A stretch of 64,000 bases of DNA from positions 1 through 64,000 of IMG/VR virus record IMGVR_UViG_3300012359_000002. One strand, written 5' to 3'. This stretch comes from a virus. The position numbers were made by a program, and so were the translations under genes. Of this stretch, positions 57,732-64,000 are shown in pieces; position 1 is the stretch's first letter, and every line of letters starts with the position of its first letter. Under the pieces are notes generated by a model, which was not told the origin of the DNA, ran no database searches, and saw only the letters and a program-made list of their open reading frames with translations.

Positions 57732-58754
57732 ATGTCGATCCGTTTCGGACAGGCGACGACGCTGCCGCAGGGTGGTGGGCCCGTCGCAGCGGCACCGCTC
57801 TTCAGGAATCGCGCGACGCGCCGTGAGGACTACAGCCGTTCGCTGCCGGTGACGTTGACCGGCTCGATCGTGCTGAACCCTGACGAGTCCGTTCCGTTGA
57901 ACGCAGACGCGCTCGCGAACCCGCTTCCTATCCCACTGGAAATACACGAGTTGAAGTGGTGCCTCCAGTCAGCCACGGGTGGGCCCACCGCGCTCAACGC
58001 ACTCTCCGGCCTCGCCGTCGAGTGCCTCATGAGTGTTGGCGCCGACGCGATCACCAACAACCCGACCCCGCTCTACAATCTCCACTCGACGGTTGATCCC
58101 GTTGTCGAGTTCGGCGCATTTCGCATCTTCGTGGCGGTCAGCGAAGGCCCCGTCTTCGGCCTTTGGCGTCTCGACTCGCCGCTCTACCTCGCTCCCGGGC
58201 AGCGACTCGACGTGCAGCTCAAGCACCGCTCGTTGGTGCCTATCGCGATCACGGCGACCGTCTCGATCTCGGGGCGGAGCGTCGCCAGTATGCCACAGAA
58301 GCGCCGATTGCCGTACGTCGCGAGCTTCGTTGCTGCGCCGATTACGTTGGACCCCGGAACGACGGATCTCCGTCGCATTTCGGCGGAGAGCGATCTCGTC
58401 AACAAGCTGGCCGTTCCGATCCGCGTGCGCCGGCTCATCGGGCGCCTCTCCATCTTCTCCGCGGCCGTGAGCGGCAACACGACGTTCACGACAGTCGACC
58501 CGAACTTACAGCACGCTGTGCGCGATGTACTCGTCAACATGACGATGCGCGACTCGCACGGAACGCCAACGGTGAAGACGAGCACGCCGTACGGTTCTGT
58601 CTTCCCGACGCCGACGCACTCGATTGAGATACCACACGTCATGGGTGCGGGAGACTATTACATCGCAAACCTGCTCGGCACGCCAATGGCGGTGGCCGAC
58701 GGCGTGCGCGCCCACGCCTCGATCTCTCTCGTCGGTTCGCGGGAGGTCGCATGA
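57732..58754 (+). CDS. Beta-rich two-domain virion protein, paralog 1
   Basis: SPLYLAPGQRLDVQL, LPYVASF, SDLVNKLAVPIRVRRLIG. Confidence 0.65.
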   Translation: MSIRFGQATTLPQGGGPVAAAPLFRNRATRREDYSRSLPVTLTGSIVLNPDESVPLNADALANPLPIPLEIHELKWCLQSATGGPTALNALSGLAVECLMSVGADAITNNPTPLYNLHSTVDPVVEFGAFRIFVAVSEGPVFGLWRLDSPLYLAPGQRLDVQLKHRSLVPIAITATVSISGRSVASMPQKRRLPYVASFVAAPITLDPGTTDLRRISAESDLVNKLAVPIRVRRLIGRLSIFSAAVSGNTTFTTVDPNLQHAVRDVLVNMTMRDSHGTPTVKTSTPYGSVFPTPTHSIEIPHVMGAGDYYIANLLGTPMAVADGVRAHASISLVGSREVA

Positions 58755-59707
58755 AGCCGTTCGTCATGTCGGCGAGCGTGTTGCTGGCGCCCGGTGCCAC
58801 ATCAGCAATGCTTGATTTGGCACAAATGTCACCACTCACGCGCCGTCCGATGTTGGTGCGCGACTTCACCTTCACGAGCCAGTCACCGTCGGTTGCGTCG
58901 GCTGCGATCTCGTCGAGCACGAATATACAGGGTGACTTTAGTCACATCATTCGTGCGAAGATTCGACTTGGTGTCAATGATCTCACGAACGGCTTCGTAC
59001 CGATCAGTCTCTTCGCGCCGCCGTACAGCCGCTTCTACTCCGCACCCGGCTCGTCGCAGACGTTTACAGGCACGACCAACTTCCTGCTCGATGCGATCGT
59101 CGCTGGAAAGGCGGAGGTGTACAACCACTGGCGTTGGGTCCTCCCGAAGCCGATGTACGTGTCTCCCGGCGAGGGCATCCAGATTCAGATTCTCCGCTCG
59201 CCGGTGATCGATGCGAGCATCGACGCGTCGTACCTGACTGGCTCGTTCAACGTCCGTGTCGCCGTCCACGGCGAGCTTCTCTTCAAGGAGGCGCGGGGGT
59301 GCTCCCGCGACCTACCGTACGTGAGCGCGTTCATCGCGGAGACCAGCCTGAAGAGTAGGGAGCAAGACATGAAGAACGTCCTCTCCACGCCGGTGATGAT
59401 TCAGCGACTCGTCGGGTCGTGCACCAAGCGCGTGGGACCTGTTCCGATGATGTCGGACGGCGGCGCCGCGAGACTTGAACTCCGCGGTTCGGACGGCTAC
59501 GAGATCACCAACGGTGCGGTCAGCTTCTCGAACCTGTTCCCGTTCCAGCAGCCGGCGTGGACGTTCCGGCGGACGCTGAACCCGAACGAGCAGATCATCG
59601 CCGCATTCGATGCACTGGACGCAAATGGCGTTACGGCGCTTGGCTTCGAGAACTCCGGTCTCTTCGGCGTCTCGATCATTGGCAACAGAGAGGAGCCGCT
59701 CGCGTGA
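58751..59707 (+). CDS. Beta-rich two-domain virion protein, paralog 2
   Basis: KPMYVSPGEGIQIQI, LPYVSAF, QDMKNVLSTPVMIQRLVG. Confidence 0.65.
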   Translation: MKPFVMSASVLLAPGATSAMLDLAQMSPLTRRPMLVRDFTFTSQSPSVASAAISSSTNIQGDFSHIIRAKIRLGVNDLTNGFVPISLFAPPYSRFYSAPGSSQTFTGTTNFLLDAIVAGKAEVYNHWRWVLPKPMYVSPGEGIQIQILRSPVIDASIDASYLTGSFNVRVAVHGELLFKEARGCSRDLPYVSAFIAETSLKSREQDMKNVLSTPVMIQRLVGSCTKRVGPVPMMSDGGAARLELRGSDGYEITNGAVSFSNLFPFQQPAWTFRRTLNPNEQIIAAFDALDANGVTALGFENSGLFGVSIIGNREEPLA

Positions 59708-60573
59708 ACGCAACGGCGATGTTCCTTCCGTGGGCCATGGAGCGCCAGTCGCCGGTGGTGGGATCCGGTGGTGGGCTCTTCACGCTTCCTGAAGGGCTGA
59801 AGCAGACGCAGAACGCCGCCGTGCTGGTCGACGAGTTGCGTTTCGACCCGGTGCTGATCTCTGGACTCGGAACGATCCGCGCCACGATCTCCGTCGGCCG
59901 GCAATCGATCTGCAACGACGTACCGCTCGATGTGCTCTGCAAGCCCCTCGACTTCTCTGCGAACTTCAACAACTTTGCCGTCAGTGCACGCGTGCTGCGT
60001 TTCGTACGCCCGCTCTATCTCCCCGACAACGGACAGATCAACGTCGGGTTGCGTTTCGTCGATCCGACTGGCGGCGCACACTACGTGCCGATCGCGTTCA
60101 ACGTCATGGTGGTAGGACGAACGCTGCCGAGCAACTTTCCGGCGCCTGCGTACATCGACGTTCCGTTCGGATCCTTCTGGCAGCCCCCCGCGTCGGCTGT
60201 GAACTTCATTGCGCAGTCGACGCCGACAGATCTCAAGAACGGGCTCGCGGAAGATCTCGAAGTGAAACGCTTCACCTTCCTTCCGGTCGGGAACGCCGGG
60301 ACGTTCAACCAACTGGACAACCTCGCCGCCTCGGGAAACGCGAAGCTCCAGCTCTTCGGCTCGAATGGCCTGCTCGGCGTTCGCGATCAGACGCCTGCGG
60401 GTGCGCTCATGCATCTTGGTCGACTGGCGTGGGGTGTGAACAGCATCCTGCCGGCCGGCGGTTTCTACATCGCCGATCTCGACTACACCGTCAGGGCTGG
60501 TTTCAGCTCCGTTGTCTTCTACCTCGGCATGTTCGGGAGTCGCAAGATCCCGTATGCTGAACTGGGGGTGTAG
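59704..60573 (+). CDS. Beta-rich two-domain virion protein, paralog 3
   Basis: RPLYLPDNGQINVGL, VPFGSFW, TDLKNGLAEDLEVKRF. Confidence 0.65.
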   Translation: MNATAMFLPWAMERQSPVVGSGGGLFTLPEGLKQTQNAAVLVDELRFDPVLISGLGTIRATISVGRQSICNDVPLDVLCKPLDFSANFNNFAVSARVLRFVRPLYLPDNGQINVGLRFVDPTGGAHYVPIAFNVMVVGRTLPSNFPAPAYIDVPFGSFWQPPASAVNFIAQSTPTDLKNGLAEDLEVKRFTFLPVGNAGTFNQLDNLAASGNAKLQLFGSNGLLGVRDQTPAGALMHLGRLAWGVNSILPAGGFYIADLDYTVRAGFSSVVFYLGMFGSRKIPYAELGV

Positions 60574-60576
60574 TAT

Positions 60577-61503
60577 ATGTCCGCCTTCGGAAAGCACTTG
60601 CGTGCAGCAGACGTCGCGGGTGACGTGACGACGTCAGCGGCACGAATTTCGATCCTGCGAAACGTCTTTCCCGTTCAGTCGTTCTTCGACAATACACAGC
60701 TCGCACAGGCGTTGCTGATGCAACAGCCAAACGAGCCGATCGTTAACAAGCAGCCGAAGCCGAATCTGCGCGGTCGTGCGATCGGCCTTCATCCGACGAG
60801 TCAGACGCCCGTCGCCGTGAAGACCTTTTCGCGTGGTGGTGCAACTTCCAACAACATTTTCACGCTCACGCCCGGTCAGTTCATCCTTCTCGGGAACCAC
60901 GGCTTCGAGGGACTGGAGTGGGGCCTGCCGTACGGGTGGCTCGGCGGTGGAATCGGCCGGCTCGTGATCGCCGACGATGAAGAGTCGTTTCTCGGCTGGT
61001 CACAGTCCAAGGTCGAGGTGCTCTTCCACCGCATTCGCGTTCAGATCGTCGCCGACGCGAATCCGACGGTGACGCCCGCCATCACAGGCATGAACTGGCC
61101 GCTGCGCTTCCCGTGGTCGAGTGCCTTCCGGTTCAACGTGACGACGCCCACCAGCCCCTTCCCGCAGGCGGGGCTCTCGACGATCGCGATCGAGCCGAGC
61201 CGTACGCTTCTTCGACTTCGCGTGAACAACCTCGCGGCGCCCGCAGCGATGCGTGTGATCATGCAAGGGCTCGACGACCTCGACATCGGTTCAGACGGCG
61301 TCACGACAGCCTTCACCGACTTTTCGGTGGAAGGCGTCAACTGGCCGGCAGCAGTGGGCGCCTCGACGCCGTTTCCGACCGCGGAGATTCGCGAAGGGCT
61401 GCTCCTAGACGGCGGGGACCAAGCGGTCGCCACCTTCACGAACCTGGGCAACGCCGCGCTCCTGAACCAGTTCGTCGACTGCGCGCGGTACGGGCGCATC
61501 TAG
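60577..61503 (+). CDS. Beta-rich virion protein (penton/spike candidate)
   Basis: 308 aa, beta-strand rich, in the structural operon. Confidence 0.55.
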   Translation: MSAFGKHLRAADVAGDVTTSAARISILRNVFPVQSFFDNTQLAQALLMQQPNEPIVNKQPKPNLRGRAIGLHPTSQTPVAVKTFSRGGATSNNIFTLTPGQFILLGNHGFEGLEWGLPYGWLGGGIGRLVIADDEESFLGWSQSKVEVLFHRIRVQIVADANPTVTPAITGMNWPLRFPWSSAFRFNVTTPTSPFPQAGLSTIAIEPSRTLLRLRVNNLAAPAAMRVIMQGLDDLDIGSDGVTTAFTDFSVEGVNWPAAVGASTPFPTAEIREGLLLDGGDQAVATFTNLGNAALLNQFVDCARYGRI

Positions 61504-61513
61504 GAGGTTCACC

Positions 61514-61981
61514 GTGATCCTCTCCGGCTTCAACTTCAACGGCGCGCCAGGCGGCTTCGATGCGCGCCGCGCCCGACCGCGACCGGACTTCTCCGGCGCG
61601 GCGCACCTTCGTGCCTTCTCGAACCAGCGTGCGGGGATGCGAGGCTACGGTGACGATGGAACCGCCGCGCTCCAGCAGCAGGTGATGCAGCTCCGACAGC
61701 GTCTGGCGGCGCTCGGCGGCGTCGTGAACCAGCTTCGCATCATGTGCGCCGCCAACCAGGGCGGGCCGATCTACGCGCCCGGCCCCGGCGTGCCGGCATC
61801 GCAGGCGGTGGTGGACGTCACCGGAGCGCAGTGCACCCCATCTGACGCGCCAGAGCCTCCCGCTGACGCGATGGACCGCGCGTGGTACGGAGATCACCTT
61901 CGCGGTTCGGATCTCTCCGCCTTCGGTGCCGACGGTGGAGACTTCGGCGATCTCGACGCGGACCTTGGGCTCAACGACTGA
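61514..61981 (+). CDS. Hypothetical protein with coiled coil and repeated (Y/F)GD motifs
   Basis: GGAGG RBS. Confidence 0.6.
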   Translation: MILSGFNFNGAPGGFDARRARPRPDFSGAAHLRAFSNQRAGMRGYGDDGTAALQQQVMQLRQRLAALGGVVNQLRIMCAANQGGPIYAPGPGVPASQAVVDVTGAQCTPSDAPEPPADAMDRAWYGDHLRGSDLSAFGADGGDFGDLDADLGLND

Positions 61982-61992
61982 AGGAGGGGAGC

Positions 61993-62866
61993 GTGATCTT
62001 CAATGGCAATGGCAACGGGCCGAAGCGGCCCCCCAGCGCAGCAAACGTCATCCTCAAGGCCCTCGGTGCGGCCCTCGGCGGTTCGAACCGGCCAGGAGCT
62101 GGCGGTGCGCGCCGCCCAGCCCAGACGCCCTTCCGCGGCGCGCCAGCCGCCCCTGCGCGTCGGCCCTGTAACTGCTCGGGCAAGCGCCGTGGCTAAGCCG
62201 CTCGGGCAGATCTGTCCGATTTGCCACAGCGAGCCAGCCACGGTCGAAATGCGAATCGGGGCGGTCTACGCGAAGCTCGGCGCGCGGTGTGTCGGAAGTG
62301 GCGTGCACCTCGTGAAGGTTCTTTCGAAGCTATTTGGAGCGTAAACATGAAGTTCCAAAACTACGCGCCGCGGCGCCTTGCCAACTTCCGCGACGCCGCG
62401 CCGCCGATCTCCTGGTACTACTGGATCGTGCCGCTCCTCTTCGTCACCGAGGCGCTCGGCGTCACGCGTTTCGTGAAGGGGCGCCGATGATCGTGCGGGC
62501 AGCGCCGCGCGACACGCGCAGGTACGCCGAGCTGCCGCCCGGCGATGCGACGCGAATCACCGGGCTGTCGATCGGCATGGTCCTCTTCATCGTCGGCGTG
62601 ACCTACTTCCTGACGCACCAGAAGAAGGGGCGCTGATGCACCTCTCCGACCCCCGCTTCCGCGGCGCGCAGCAGTTCTGCTGCCCGTGCAGCTCGCGTGC
62701 GTACGGTGACGGCTCCGAGGTCGCCGGTGGATCCTCGGCCGGCTCCGGGACAGCGATGGCGTTCGCTCGTGGTAACTCGACCGGCAAGTCGATTCTTCTC
62801 GGCGTCATCACCGGCGTGACCGTTTGGGTCGTCACCCGCACGCTCGACGGAGCCATGCGACGGTGA
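61993..62866 (+). CDS. Five tiny genes, three with a single TM (61993-62196, 62189-62344, 62347-62490, 62487-62636, 62636-62866)
   Basis: Chained overlaps; C-terminal TM segments with basic tails. Confidence 0.5.
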
Positions 62867-63680
62867 GCGAGTCGCCGACGCCAGAACGCGGTAATCCGGG
62901 TGCCTTCAAGGCCGCCGTCGCGGGGGTGATGCACCGTCCGAAGCGACCAGCGGACTCGGGCCATCCGGCGTTCTGGTGGGCGCACTTCGTGAAGACGGTG
63001 GGTGTGCCGGCGGCGGCGCTCTTCTACCTGATGAGGATCCACGAAAACAAGCTGAACGACATTGTGGCCGGCATGGCAACGCAGGCTGCTGCGGTGGCGG
63101 TTCTCGTCGGGCAGCAGAAGGAGAACACCGCCGCGCTGCTCACGCAGCACGGGGAGAAGGACAACGCGCTCGTAGGTCAAATCATGAGGTTGGTCGACGT
63201 GATCCTCGACCGCGGAAACCTGAAGATCTTGCCGGTGCGTCCGACGACCACGACGATCTATGTGCAGCAGGCACCACCGCCGGGAACGCCGTCTGTCACC
63301 GTCGAGCCGCCACCGGTGGCCGTTCCGCCCAAACCAAAGGCGCAGCCGGAGCCGACGCGCTCCAGCAAGTGGTGAATATGTCGACGACGCAATTCATCAT
63401 CTTCCTGGTCGCGATCGTTAGCATCACGATCGGTGCGGTGGAGTTTGCCACGAGTCGGCGGTGGGGGGAGATCAAGCGGATGTTCGACCGCGCGATCACA
63501 CACGGTACCTCATTCGATACGACCGTCGCCAAAATCGACACCGACAACAAGAAGCTCAACGCGCGACTCGAAACGGTCGAGAAGCAGCACAGCGAACTGC
63601 TGGCGTCGGTCAACACGCTGCATGAAGACATGAAAGTTCTAAAGGACCGTCTACCTTCGACGTGGCCGCCCCGCACGTAA
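62863..63680 (+). CDS. Two membrane-anchored proteins (62863-63375, 63378-63680)
   Basis: TM followed by a coiled coil or Pro-rich tail. Confidence 0.55.
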
Positions 63681-63697
63681 CTGAAAGTGAGTTCACC

Positions 63698-64000
63698 GTG
63701 AAGCTCAGCTTCCTCGCCGATACCACCGCCACCGACGTCGCATCGATCTCCGCGAACCTCGCCACCGTCATCTCGGCAGTGACGGGTCAGCCGGTCTATC
63801 CCGGCGCCAACCCGATCAACCCGTCGTACCTGCCCGGCATGAGCTACGGCCCGCCCATCTCGCCGTTGCTCACGACGCAGACGACGTTCCCGCTCGTTCC
63901 GATGCTGCTCGGCGGCGCTGCCGGCTACGCGTGGAAGAAGAGCGCGCTCGCCGGTCTCGCCGGAGTCGTGCTCGGTTACTTCCTCGGGAACGCGTTCCAG
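63698..64000 (+). CDS. Membrane protein, truncated by the window end
   Basis: Open frame from GTG with C-terminal hydrophobic helices. Confidence 0.5.
   Translation, partial: MKLSFLADTTATDVASISANLATVISAVTGQPVYPGANPINPSYLPGMSYGPPISPLLTTQTTFPLVPMLLGGAAGYAWKKSALAGLAGVVLGYFLGNAFQ

Larger units (their letters stand above)
1..64000. mobile_element. Temperate bacterial virus or provirus spanning the whole window, possibly tailless with a jelly-roll capsid
   Basis: Integrase, phage-type PolA/ThyX/Sak4/SNF2 genes, dense overlapping small ORFs, a divergent early/late layout, and no host housekeeping genes. Confidence 0.9.

Noticed and set aside
1-64000. tRNA/rRNA genes, reverse transcriptase (DGR or retron), packaging ATPase
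   Set aside because: None recognised by eye; a covariance or HMM scan would be needed to exclude them formally.

Overview
The whole 64 kb reads as one GC-rich (roughly two-thirds GC) viral or proviral genome with no recognisable host housekeeping genes. The left ~47 kb is mostly minus strand and carries a tyrosine integrase plus nucleotide and sugar modification genes (MazG-like, Tmk, double GT2, TylF, ThyX, aGPT-Pplase1/HMUDK-helical family). It also holds replication and recombination genes (PolA with an N-terminal UDG domain, UvrD, SMC-like ATPase, Sak4-like ATPase, SSB-like protein, PD-(D/E)XK exonuclease, SNF2, DUF3987-like) and a Gp88-like gene with a LAGLIDADG intein. A palindrome-dense non-coding switch region at ~46.9-47.3 kb separates this from a plus-strand late module. 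That module has a transglutaminase-like Cys-His-Asp enzyme, small basic and membrane proteins, and beta-rich jelly-roll-like capsid candidates. No terminase, portal or tail gene is visible, which suggests a tailless virus. The standout feature is a nuclease-less Nop/IS110-like gene (13974-14813) flanked on both sides by ~37-bp dual-repeat arrays carrying two ~9-nt spacers per unit. This is the architecture of a TIGR-Tas (TasA-type) RNA-guided DNA-targeting system. Other notable patterns are a shared C-terminal [F/I]DLE tail on five proteins, a recurrent [F/Y/L]G[D/S/A] motif in late proteins (possible protease site), and an HNH gene that copies the polymerase N-terminus. All family assignments come from motif recognition by eye; no database searches were run.
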